From positions 1 through 61,150 of the forward strand of contig JAFSZZ010000110.1 of NCBI GenBank assembly GCA_017458765.1: 61,150 nt of DNA, given 5' to 3'. This DNA comes from Lachnospiraceae bacterium (GTDB lineage: Bacteria; Bacillota; Clostridia; Lachnospirales; Lachnospiraceae). The notes below the pieces were generated by a model. That model made no database searches, was not told the origin of the DNA, and saw only the letters and a program-made list of their open reading frames with translations. The position numbers and the translations under genes were made by a program. Position 1 is the stretch's first letter; every line of letters starts with the position of its first letter. Of the stretch, positions 28,790 to 37,479 are shown piece by piece.

Positions 28790-30544
28790 TTACTCTACAT
28801 CCTTAAGAGCCTCCAGGTCTTCCTCTCCCGTTCTTATCTTGATGACTTTCTCTACAGGATATACGAAGATCTTACCGTCGCCGATATGACCGGTGTAGAG
28901 AGCTTTCTTGGCTGCGTCGATAACATCCTTGATCGGAACATTACCTATGACAACCTCAACCTTAACCTTCGGGGTAAGGGTTGCATCAACCTCAACTCCA
29001 CGGTATTTCGCACCGCCGCCCTTCTGGACGCCGCAGCCCATGACCTGAGTCACCGTCATGCCTGTTATGCCGGCTTCGTTGAGCATCTTCTTAAGCACAT
29101 CGTATCTTGACAGCTTCGCAATGATAACGACCTTGTTCATTCCGGTATCGATGAACGGCTGTGTTACAACAGGAACTGCAGCGTTGATCTTCGCGGGCGT
29201 TGCCTGATCGTACTCACCGACACCAAGATCTGTGTTCTCGTTTACTTCCATAGTCATCGTGTTTGCTATATCCATGATCGCAAAGCCCGAATAAGCCGAA
29301 TCAAGGCCGTGCTCCGTACTGTCAAGACCCTGGATCTCTTCCTCCTCAGATACCCTGAGTCCTATGGTCTTTTTGATGATCGTGTAAGCAATGATTATGG
29401 TAACAACAGTCCAGACAATGGTAACAGCCATTCCGCCGAGCTGCTTGATGAGCTGTCCTGCTCCTCCGCCGTAGAAGAGACCTTCTTCAATACCTGCCAC
29501 TGCAAAGCCGGGCGCTGATGATGTTGCAAAAAGACCTACCGCTACCGTACCCCAGATACCATTCATCATATGTACCGCAACAGCACCTACCGGGTCGTCA
29601 ACGTGTACAACATTATCAGTAAACCATACACCGAATACTACTAAAAGACCGCCTACAAGACCTATGATCGCCGCTCCTGCACAGTCGGTAACATCACACG
29701 GTGCCGTGATGGCCACAAGACCTGCAAGTGAAGCGTTCAGACACATTGAAACATCGGGCTTGCCATATTTGATCCAGGTAAAGATCATACAGGTTACGGT
29801 TGCCACTGCGGGAGCCACCGTTGTTGTAAGGAAGACGGAACCCAAAGTGGGAATATCCGTTGCTGCAGCTCCGTTGAAGCCGTACCATCCAAACCAGAGA
29901 ATGAAAACACCAAGTGCGGCCACTACAAGGTTATGTCCCGGAAAAGCGTTGACTTTTACTATTTTTCCTGATTTATCCTTTGTGAATTTACCGATACGGG
30001 GACCTAACATCCATGCGCCGATCAGGGCACAGATACCGCCTACCATATGAATACAGTTACTGCCTGCGTAATCGTGGAAGCCCCACTGTGCCAGGAAGCC
30101 GCCGCCCCAGGTCCAGTGAGCCTCGATCGGATAGATGATCGCAGAGATCACTGCCGAATACACACAGTATGCGGAGAACTTGGTCCTCTCAGCCATCGAA
30201 CCGGATACGATCGTTGCTGTTGTCGCACAGAACACAAGGTTAAATACGAAGGATGAATAATCGAAATCCGCGAAATTCGTAAACACATCAAAGGTAAAAC
30301 GTCCCAGGAAACCGCCAAGCATGTTCTCGCCGAGCATTATCGAAGCACCGCAGATGAACCACATAACCGTTCCTATGCAGAAGTCCATAAGGTTCTTCAT
30401 TATAATGTTTCCCGAGTTCTTAGCCCTGGTGAAGCCGGCCTCGCACATCGCAAAGCCTGCCTGCATCCAGAATACAAGCGCTGCTCCGATAAGGAACCAT
30501 ACGCCAAACACTTTCTCATCCAGAATACCCATCATTTCTTCCAT
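28790..30544 (-). CDS. amt: Ammonium transporter fused to a C-terminal PII (GlnK/GlnB) domain
   Basis: 11-TM Amt core (~420 aa), a linker, then a full PII fold: MNKVVIIAKLSRYDVLKKML...GCGVQKGGGAKYRGVE (T-loop)...GDGKIFVYPVEKVIKIRTGE. Confidence 0.88.
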   Translation of the reverse strand: MEEMMGILDEKVFGVWFLIGAALVFWMQAGFAMCEAGFTRAKNSGNIIMKNLMDFCIGTVMWFICGASIMLGENMLGGFLGRFTFDVFTNFADFDYSSFVFNLVFCATTATIVSGSMAERTKFSAYCVYSAVISAIIYPIEAHWTWGGGFLAQWGFHDYAGSNCIHMVGGICALIGAWMLGPRIGKFTKDKSGKIVKVNAFPGHNLVVAALGVFILWFGWYGFNGAAATDIPTLGSVFLTTTVAPAVATVTCMIFTWIKYGKPDVSMCLNASLAGLVAITAPCDVTDCAGAAIIGLVGGLLVVFGVWFTDNVVHVDDPVGAVAVHMMNGIWGTVAVGLFATSSAPGFAVAGIEEGLFYGGGAGQLIKQLGGMAVTIVWTVVTIIIAYTIIKKTIGLRVSEEEEIQGLDSTEHGLDSAYSGFAIMDIANTMTMEVNENTDLGVGEYDQATPAKINAAVPVVTQPFIDTGMNKVVIIAKLSRYDVLKKMLNEAGITGMTVTQVMGCGVQKGGGAKYRGVEVDATLTPKVKVEVVIGNVPIKDVIDAAKKALYTGHIGDGKIFVYPVEKVIKIRTGEEDLEALKDVE

Positions 30545-30599
30545 AATATTTCTCCTCTCTTCATGTCATTTAAAGTGGTCTTAAGATATTTCATATAAT

Positions 30600-30637
30600 G
30601 ACAAAGGCGCCAACCGATCGGGTTGACGCCTTTGTCT
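30600..30637 (-). terminator. Class-2 hairpin (AGACAAAGGCGTCAACCC...GGTTGGCGCC) between glnN and amt
   Basis: 16-bp stem. The 5' 19 nt match 17/19 with the hairpin at 49753-49793. Confidence 0.55.
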
Positions 30638-30763
30638 GTTTAAATATTCATTCGCAATTCCGTGCTGCTTCGCATCACTTCCTGCTCATGTTGGGGCGGG
30701 TTAATAAACCTTTCATACTTACACAAGCAAGCTTGTGACGTTTTCAGGTTTTTAACCCCGGAA

Positions 30764-32869
30764 TTACACGTAGAACAGAATATCTTCATACTTCGGATAT
30801 GGGAGTATTCCGTCGGGAAGGTATACCTCCAGCGAATCCGCCACACTTCTTACCTGCTCCATATCCTTAAGGATCTCATCATGATAGAACCTGGCCTGTG
30901 CCAGTGAATCCTCCATACTTTCGGCCTTGTCCGTATCATCGGAAAGCTTGCCCACAAGATCGAACAGCCTGTCATATCCGTCGCTTAAGATCCTTATCAT
31001 CTTCATATCCGCCTTGCAGCCAAGATGTGAATCAAGTGCAGATTTTGCGGTTACCGATGCAGTCAGCTGATCCGCGTACTCACCGACCGCAGGCATGAAC
31101 TCTGTAAGTACCATATCCTTAAGAGTCAGGCTCTCGATATGAATAGTCTTGGAGTAATTCTCAAGCAGGATCTCATATCTTGATTCAAGCTCGCTCTCCG
31201 AGAAAATATGATGCTTTTCAAACAGAGCCTTATTCTTATCGGCAACGAAGGCCGGAAGGGCTTCCGGTGTGGATCTTAAGTTGTACAGCCCTCTCTTTTC
31301 TGCCTCCTTAACCCACTCGTCTGTATATCCGTTACCGTTGAAGATCACTCTCTCATGAGCCGTTATAGACTCTTTTACAAGCTCATGAACAGCCGACTCG
31401 ATCCCATCCTCCGGAACATCCTTAAGCTTCTCATAGAACCTTCCAAGTACTTCCGCTACCGCGGTGTTAAGGATCACATTCGGACCCGATACGGATAACG
31501 AGGATCCGAGCGATCTGAACTCGAACTTGTTACCTGTAAAGGCAAACGGTGAAGTCCTGTTCCTGTCGGTATTATCCTTTGTAAAGTGCGGCAGAACCGT
31601 AGTTCCGATGTTCATCTTTGTTGTTCCGCTCTTTTCAAAGAAGGTGTCATTTTTAATGGATTCAACCACCTTCTCAAGCTCTTCTCCGAGGAAGATCGAA
31701 ATGATGGCCGGAGGTGCCTCGTTGGCTCCCAGTCTGTGATCATTCCCGGGACTTGCAACGGATACTCTCATAAGATCGGCATATTCATCCACTGCTTCTA
31801 TTATCGCTGCCAGGAAGATAAGGAACTGTGTATTGTCGGCCGGTGTCTTGCCCGGATCAAGCAGGTTAACTCCGGTGTTTGTGATCATTGACCAGTTGTT
31901 ATGCTTACCGGAACCGTTGATACCTGCGAAGGGTTTCTCGTGGAGCAGACATACAAGGTCATGCTTCTCAGCCACTTTTTTCATTATTTCCATCGTCAGC
32001 TGGTTGTGATCGACCGCTATATTTGTCGTATCGAATACCGGAGCAAGCTCATGCTGGCAGGGTGCCACTTCATTGTGCTTGGTCTTGGCGGGAATACCGA
32101 GCTTCCACAGCTCAAGATCCAGATCATGCATATATGCGGCCACTCTGGGCTTGATCGCTCCGAAATAATGATCCTCCATCTCCTGACCCTTGGGAGGCAG
32201 AGCTCCCAGAAGTGTCCTTCCTGTAAATATCAGATCCTTACGCTGCTTATATGCTTCCTTCTCGATAAGGAAGTATTCCTGCTCGGGTCCCACCGTGGTG
32301 GATACGCCCGTAACATCTGTCTGTCCTATCTTGTTAAGTACTCTTGTAGCTTCCTTTGAAAGCGCATCCATAGATCTTAGAAGCGGTGTCTTCTTATCCA
32401 GCGCTTCACCTGTGTACGAGCAGAAGGCTGTCGGGATATACAGGGTTCCGTCCTTGATAAATGCGGGTGATGTGGGATCCCATGCCGTATAGCCTCTTGC
32501 CTCGAAGGTCGCCCTCAGTCCGCCCGAAGGGAAGCTCGAAGCATCAGGCTCGCCCTTCACGAGCTCCTTGCCGGAGAAATCCATGATGACCTCCCCGTTT
32601 CCTACGGGTGTGATGAAGCTGTCATGCTTCTCCGCCGTGAAGCCGGTCATAGGCTGGAACCAGTGAGTGTAATGTGTTGCTCCGTTCTCAACTGCCCACT
32701 CCTTCATGGCTACCGCAACCGAATTGGCCACATCAAGCTCCAGATGTGTATTATTCTCAATGGTCTTCCTCAAAGCTTTGTAAATATCCTTGGGAAGCTT
32801 GTCTCTCATGACCTTGTCATTAAATACGAGACTCCCGTACAGTTCAGGTATCCTTTGTTCTTTGTTCAT
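30764..32869 (-). CDS. glnN: Glutamine synthetase type III
   Basis: ~700 aa. The N-terminus [25 protein letters not shown] is typical of GSIII. Start at ATG 32869 with an AAAGGAGGAG RBS; the ORF track start is 32953. Confidence 0.88.
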   Translation of the reverse strand: MNKEQRIPELYGSLVFNDKVMRDKLPKDIYKALRKTIENNTHLELDVANSVAVAMKEWAVENGATHYTHWFQPMTGFTAEKHDSFITPVGNGEVIMDFSGKELVKGEPDASSFPSGGLRATFEARGYTAWDPTSPAFIKDGTLYIPTAFCSYTGEALDKKTPLLRSMDALSKEATRVLNKIGQTDVTGVSTTVGPEQEYFLIEKEAYKQRKDLIFTGRTLLGALPPKGQEMEDHYFGAIKPRVAAYMHDLDLELWKLGIPAKTKHNEVAPCQHELAPVFDTTNIAVDHNQLTMEIMKKVAEKHDLVCLLHEKPFAGINGSGKHNNWSMITNTGVNLLDPGKTPADNTQFLIFLAAIIEAVDEYADLMRVSVASPGNDHRLGANEAPPAIISIFLGEELEKVVESIKNDTFFEKSGTTKMNIGTTVLPHFTKDNTDRNRTSPFAFTGNKFEFRSLGSSLSVSGPNVILNTAVAEVLGRFYEKLKDVPEDGIESAVHELVKESITAHERVIFNGNGYTDEWVKEAEKRGLYNLRSTPEALPAFVADKNKALFEKHHIFSESELESRYEILLENYSKTIHIESLTLKDMVLTEFMPAVGEYADQLTASVTAKSALDSHLGCKADMKMIRILSDGYDRLFDLVGKLSDDTDKAESMEDSLAQARFYHDEILKDMEQVRSVADSLEVYLPDGILPYPKYEDILFYV

Positions 32870-32887
32870 GTTAGTCTCCTCCTTTTT

Positions 32888-32930
32888 GCTTTTATAAAGA
32901 AAAAGGTGCCAACTTTTCTGAGCTGACACC
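32888..32930 (-). terminator. Second hairpin plus U-tract inside the glnN leader, 20-60 nt before the start codon
   Basis: Minus strand GGTGTCAGCT-cagaaa-AGTTGGCACC then TTTTTCTTTAT. Confidence 0.5.
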
Positions 32931-32971
32931 ATTGTCTTTTGAAAACACATCATAAGGTTATCACGTTTTTA

Positions 32972-33052
32972 TAAAGAAAAATCGCCTCGGAAATATTTCC
33001 GAAGCGACCTTGCTTACATGAGAAATTATAAACTAATACGTAAATAAGTCAA
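32972..33052 (-). promoter_or_regulatory. glnN promoter plus class-1 leader module
   Basis: Minus strand TTGACT-N16-TATAAT-7nt-GTAAGC AAGGTC GCTTCGGAAATATTTCCGAGGCG-ATTTTTCTTT. Aligns without gaps to 34911-34986 and 51685-51765. Confidence 0.7.
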
Positions 33053-33111
33053 TATAGTAAAATTTTCAAATTTTTCAAGCAATTTTGAATAAATTTCGTA
33101 ATTTTACACAA

Positions 33112-34614
33112 TCATGAATATCCCATTAGCGACTCATCCACCGCCCCGGCGGCTGCCTTACCCTCACTTATTGCCCATACGACAAGTGACTGGCCGCGGT
33201 GCATGTCACCTGTAGTAAATACACGGTCACGGCTTGTAGCGTATGCGCCTTCTGCCGTAGCCACGTTGGTTCTTCCGTTTATATCCACCTTAAACGCATC
33301 GGTCACATATTTCTGCGAACCCAGGAAGCCGGCTGCGATAAGCACAAGATCAGCCTTAAGTTCACCTTCGCTTCCCTCTACCGGAACCATCTGCATGCGT
33401 CCCGTTGTCTCATCCTTCTTCGGGGCAAGCTTAACGGTCTTAACCGATGTAAGATTACCCTTCTTATCCTTTACGAATTCAGTAACAGTCGTTTGGTAAA
33501 CTCTCGGATCGGAACCGAACATGAATATGGCCTCCTCCTGACCGTAATCCGTCTTAAGGATCTTCGGCCATTCGGGCCAGGGATTGGAGACGGCACGGCT
33601 CTCGCAGGGCTTGGGCATCATCTCAAGCTGTATGACTGATGCGGCGCCCAGCCGTATCGACGTTCCGACACAGTCATTCCCCGTATCTCCACCACCTATG
33701 ACAACCACGCTCTTACCCTTAAGGCTCTTAAACGAGAAATCCTTCTTGTCGAAGATCTTCGAATAATCATATCCTTCATCGATTATATTCTTTGTAACCT
33801 CTGTAAGAAAATCAACCGCGAAATATATTCCCTTCGCATCTCTTCCGGGTACGTTTATATCCCTTGGATTGGCTGCACCGCAGGCAAGGATCACACGGTC
33901 ATATTCCTTGAGCAGTTCGTCTGCCGTTACATCATTGCCTACATCGACACCGTACTTAAAGATAATACCGCTCTCCTCCATCAGGCTTATCCTTCTGTCA
34001 ATAACACGCTTATCGAGCTTCATATTGGGTATTCCGTATCTTAACAGACCGCCTGCCCTGTCCCGTCTTTCGTATACGGTAACCAGGTGACCTCTCTTGT
34101 TGAGCCAGTATGCGGCCGACAGACCTGAAGGACCGGAGCCTATTACGGCAACCTTCTTCCCTGTACGTACTGCGGGCTTATCCGGCTTCACAAGACCGTT
34201 GGCATATGCATACTCAATTACCGTCTTCTCATTTTCCTTCGTTGATACGGGATCCGAGTGTACCGAAACCGTGCATGCAGCCTCACACAGAGCGGGACAT
34301 ACCCTCGAGGTGAACTCCGGGAAGCAGTGTGTCTTGGACAGCCGTATATATGCCTGCTCAAGGTTCCCGTGATATACATAGTCGTTTATTTCCGGTACAA
34401 GATTGTGCAGGGGACAGCCTGACGCCATTCCTGCGATCATGGTGCCCGCCTGACAGAACGGAACCCCGCATGCCATACATCTTGCGCCCTGAAGCATCTG
34501 TTCCTTTGTAGGGAGCAGAACGTGAAATTCATCGAAATCCTTTATTCGTACAGAGGGCTCTCTTACAGCACCCTCTTTTCTCTCATATTCCATAAATCCT
34601 GTCGGTTTACCCAT
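33112..34614 (-). CDS. gltD: Glutamate synthase small (NADPH) subunit
   Basis: N-terminal Fe-S Cys clusters and two dinucleotide folds (VAVIGSGPSGLSAA, VVVIGGGDTGNDC). Confidence 0.9.
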   Translation of the reverse strand: MGKPTGFMEYERKEGAVREPSVRIKDFDEFHVLLPTKEQMLQGARCMACGVPFCQAGTMIAGMASGCPLHNLVPEINDYVYHGNLEQAYIRLSKTHCFPEFTSRVCPALCEAACTVSVHSDPVSTKENEKTVIEYAYANGLVKPDKPAVRTGKKVAVIGSGPSGLSAAYWLNKRGHLVTVYERRDRAGGLLRYGIPNMKLDKRVIDRRISLMEESGIIFKYGVDVGNDVTADELLKEYDRVILACGAANPRDINVPGRDAKGIYFAVDFLTEVTKNIIDEGYDYSKIFDKKDFSFKSLKGKSVVVIGGGDTGNDCVGTSIRLGAASVIQLEMMPKPCESRAVSNPWPEWPKILKTDYGQEEAIFMFGSDPRVYQTTVTEFVKDKKGNLTSVKTVKLAPKKDETTGRMQMVPVEGSEGELKADLVLIAAGFLGSQKYVTDAFKVDINGRTNVATAEGAYATSRDRVFTTGDMHRGQSLVVWAISEGKAAAGAVDESLMGYS

Positions 34615-34787
34615 AATATTCCTCCTTTTGTTTGCAGTACATGTTCAGAACAGGCCGGAGTGAAGCGTAGACCCGCTTGCTGTGGATTCTTTATGGCATT
34701 ACCTGTTTTGAACAATTACTATTTGTCATAAGTCTGCGGATACCTTATTTCTGCATGCATTTCCTTGTTTGCATTAGGAAAGTCATA

Positions 34788-34819
34788 GAATAGCGAATTT
34801 CATCAGAAATTCGGTATTC
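34788..34819. repeat. 32-nt palindrome family C (gaatagcgaatttc-atca-gaaattcggtattc)
   Basis: A second copy at 42692-42723 matches at 29/32 positions. Confidence 0.8.
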
Positions 34820-34871
34820 GTACTGGACCAGGCTCTGCTGAAAGCAGAGGCGTGTCATGCGGAACGCATGA

Positions 34872-34909
34872 TTTCCGAATGCATTTCCTTGTTTGCATTC
34901 GGAAAGTCA
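34872..34909. repeat. Hairpin repeat family B copy (tttccgaatgc-12 nt-gcattcggaaa)
   Basis: Homologous to 21575-21619. A partial copy lies at 34755-34787. Confidence 0.75.
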
Positions 34910-34910
34910 T

Positions 34911-34986
34911 AAAAAAAAACGCCCCGGATATTCCGAAGCGTCTTTGCTAACAATACTAATTATATGTCACAGATGTTTAATGTCAA
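34911..34986 (-). promoter_or_regulatory. gltD promoter plus class-1 leader module (also serves as terminator of the kinase gene)
   Basis: Minus strand TTGACA-N16-TATAAT-7nt-GTTAGC AAAGAC GCTTCGGAATATCCGGGGCG-TTTTTTTTT. The -35 starts 10 nt after the kinase stop codon. Confidence 0.7.
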
Positions 34987-34995
34987 GGGCAACAT

Positions 34996-37320
34996 TTACA
35001 ATTTCATGATATTTCTGATCATATCTTCAAGTGCCCGGGCCTGAATGGGCTTTGTAAGGAATTCATCAAAGCCCTCCGAAAGATACATCTCCCGGGCTCC
35101 AAGGATAGCATTTGCAGTGAGCGCCACAACGGGAGTCTTCTTTTCACTGCCGCGGTTACGCTCTCTTTCACGATACAGTCTGAGTGTTTCGATACCGTCC
35201 ATTTCAGGCATCATATGGTCAAGGAAGATAATGTCATAATCCCTCTCTTCAGTAAGCTTAAGCATATCCTTACCGCTGTATACTTCGTCTATCGTCATTC
35301 CGGAGTTCTTTAACAGGAGCGCGAATACACGGCAGTTAACCTTGCTGTCGTCAACCACAAGTATCTTAACACCCGGAGCGTGCAGGGTTTCTCCATCTGT
35401 ATTTTTATTATCTTCTGTTTTCCTTATACTGCTGAACTCACCTATGGGGGTCGGATCGATCACTCTCTGCTTAATGGTAAAAGAGAACCTGGACCCGCTC
35501 CCGTATACGCTCGAAACCTCAAGCCCGGAGCCCATCAGGGAAAGCAGTGACCGGGTAATGCTCAGGCCCAGGCCGGTTCCTTCGATGTTGCGGTTCCTGT
35601 CTTCCTCGAACCTTTGATATTCACCAAAAAGACGGTCAAGGTCTTCGGGCTTTATCCCTATTCCCGTATCCTCGACAACGAAGGTCAGCTTTATTAATTC
35701 GTAATCCAAGTCGCCCTTAACGGAAAACCTGATACTGCCTTCATTCGTATATTTCACCGCATTGCTTAGAAGATTAACAAGTATCTGTCTTATCTTCCTC
35801 TCATCACCGGACAGCCTGACCGGAATGGAACTGTCGATATCGACATTCAGGTCGAGCTTCTTCTCACTTGCTTTAAGAGTGATCATGTTGATGCAGTCAT
35901 ATATAAGCCGGGAAGTTTCATACTCGGCATCTATAAGCTCCATCTGCCCGGCGCGTATCCTGGAAAGATCGAGAATATCGTTAACCAGGGAAAGAAGTGT
36001 TTCACCGGCACTTTTTATATCTCCCGAATAACGGCGGATTTCCGGCTCGGTGCTTTCACGCAGTATCATTGTATTCATGCCGAGCATGGTGTTTATCGGC
36101 GTACGGATCTCATGGGACATATTGGCAAGGAAACGGGCTTCTGCTTCACTGGCCATTTCGGCAGCTCGCTTATCCCTGTTGATCTTCATCAGGTCCTGAA
36201 GCGTATTGACTATTGAAATTATCAGCATGTAAATGAGTCCGACGGAAAGGAGTGTCGTATGGAACTGGTCGTTCTTCATGAAATATATGATTATCTGGCC
36301 TACTGAAGCAATTACTATTCCAAGCATGCCCATAGCAACCAGAGGGTATTCCTTAACGCGCCCGGTAAACAGGTCTTTAACCATTGTTCCTATGATTATT
36401 GCAATGGTTATGAAGCATGTTACAGCCATTGCCGTAAAGCTTTCGGAAAAATCAACCAGCCTGAAGACATGAAGGAAAAGACACACCGCACAGTCGATCA
36501 CCGCAATATATCCTGCGATAGTGTACAGTTTATGGTACTTTTCCTTCTGTATGATATCCATATAGATGATAAAGGGAATGGGTAACAGAAGCAGCGCCGC
36601 AAAGGTCATGTTGTTTATGACGGATACGGCCGGGAAAATAAGCTGGCGCACCTGGATATTGGCTACCAGCCAGACCGCTACGAGAGTTATTGCACACCCA
36701 AGGTACATAAGGGTAAGCTTGCGATGCTGAAAAATACCCACAAAGAAGCATACCACCGTACTGAGAAAGCCCAGCAGAAGAGTCAGAAACGCTACTGTTA
36801 TCTCAAGCCCGAGTTCCCTGGCAAGCGTATACCATATATCCATCCTGCTTCCCATGGTGACCGGATAGAATACGCCTGAAAATGTCGAATCGGTCACTGC
36901 TTCAACAGTGAGGTATTTACCGGCATCTCCGGGTTTTAGGTCACAGAATACATATGCGGGTGATGTGTACTTCCCGATATAGCGGGTATCCTTGGTTGAG
37001 TACTCTATCCTCAGTTCATCGCCGACATACATCTTAATATCCTGCCTGGCGGTGTGAAAACACAGGCTCTCGTTATTTACCATGTCTTCATCGATCAAAG
37101 TTCTTATGACCACCTTCTCTCCGCGTTCAACATCGAGATTGACAGGCAGTGTGATCTCGGTTACCGATCCGTCATTGTGTATCCATTCCCATACGCCGTC
37201 ATAATTCTCCTTATGGTAATCATTGTTAGGCGCGTCTTTGGGAAAGAAAATGCTGCCGATAATAAAATAACCGAATATCAGTACGAAAAAAACAGTGAAG
37301 CAGATCTTGATAGTTTTCAT
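34996..37320 (-). CDS. Hybrid sensor histidine kinase/response regulator with a 7TMR-DISM-type sensor
   Basis: Signal/TM, ~150-aa extracytoplasmic domain and 7 TM helices. H-box MSHEIRTPINTMLGM; N and G boxes (LLSNAVKYT, DTGIGI, GTGLGLSI). C-terminal REC (ILVVDDS...FLDHMMPEMDG...ALTAN). Confidence 0.85.
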   Translation of the reverse strand: MKTIKICFTVFFVLIFGYFIIGSIFFPKDAPNNDYHKENYDGVWEWIHNDGSVTEITLPVNLDVERGEKVVIRTLIDEDMVNNESLCFHTARQDIKMYVGDELRIEYSTKDTRYIGKYTSPAYVFCDLKPGDAGKYLTVEAVTDSTFSGVFYPVTMGSRMDIWYTLARELGLEITVAFLTLLLGFLSTVVCFFVGIFQHRKLTLMYLGCAITLVAVWLVANIQVRQLIFPAVSVINNMTFAALLLLPIPFIIYMDIIQKEKYHKLYTIAGYIAVIDCAVCLFLHVFRLVDFSESFTAMAVTCFITIAIIIGTMVKDLFTGRVKEYPLVAMGMLGIVIASVGQIIIYFMKNDQFHTTLLSVGLIYMLIISIVNTLQDLMKINRDKRAAEMASEAEARFLANMSHEIRTPINTMLGMNTMILRESTEPEIRRYSGDIKSAGETLLSLVNDILDLSRIRAGQMELIDAEYETSRLIYDCINMITLKASEKKLDLNVDIDSSIPVRLSGDERKIRQILVNLLSNAVKYTNEGSIRFSVKGDLDYELIKLTFVVEDTGIGIKPEDLDRLFGEYQRFEEDRNRNIEGTGLGLSITRSLLSLMGSGLEVSSVYGSGSRFSFTIKQRVIDPTPIGEFSSIRKTEDNKNTDGETLHAPGVKILVVDDSKVNCRVFALLLKNSGMTIDEVYSGKDMLKLTEERDYDIIFLDHMMPEMDGIETLRLYRERERNRGSEKKTPVVALTANAILGAREMYLSEGFDEFLTKPIQARALEDMIRNIMKL

Positions 37321-37479
37321 GTATTGTTAAGCCCTTATCTATGGCCTCAAAGAGGCTTCCACATCCGGTTTCATCTCCGGGGTGCTTCAGCAAAGCTTTA
37401 TCCACCGTCACCCCTGATATGGATTGTAGCATATAAACCCGGCCGGGACAACGGTGATACAGAAGAAGAATTTTCCCAA

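Noticed and set aside
30600-30637. Class-2 hairpins as leader attenuators equivalent to class 1
   Set aside because: No convincing promoter lies upstream of them, and each sits immediately after another gene. Plain (if homologous) terminators remain the simpler reading. They are kept as a lower-interest finding only.
32870-32953. N-terminal extensions given by the ORF track: glnN to 32953, hydC to 9204, cbiL to 17009 (TTG), the APC-GGDEF protein to 26974, AGCS to 55614 and moxR to 4868 (GTG)
   Set aside because: In each case an internal ATG has a strong GGAGG-type RBS at correct spacing, and the family-typical N-terminus begins there. The AGCS extension even runs into a recombinase-gene fragment.
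32972-33052. Class-1 nitrogen leaders as canonical ANTAR targets, glutamine riboswitches or GlnR/TnrA operators
   Set aside because: ANTAR substrates need two tandem hexaloop hairpins; only one fits here and the asnB loop starts with G. There is no glutamine-riboswitch E-loop/pseudoknot core. There is no TGTNA-N7-TNACA box. The element is therefore reported as unclassified rather than assigned.
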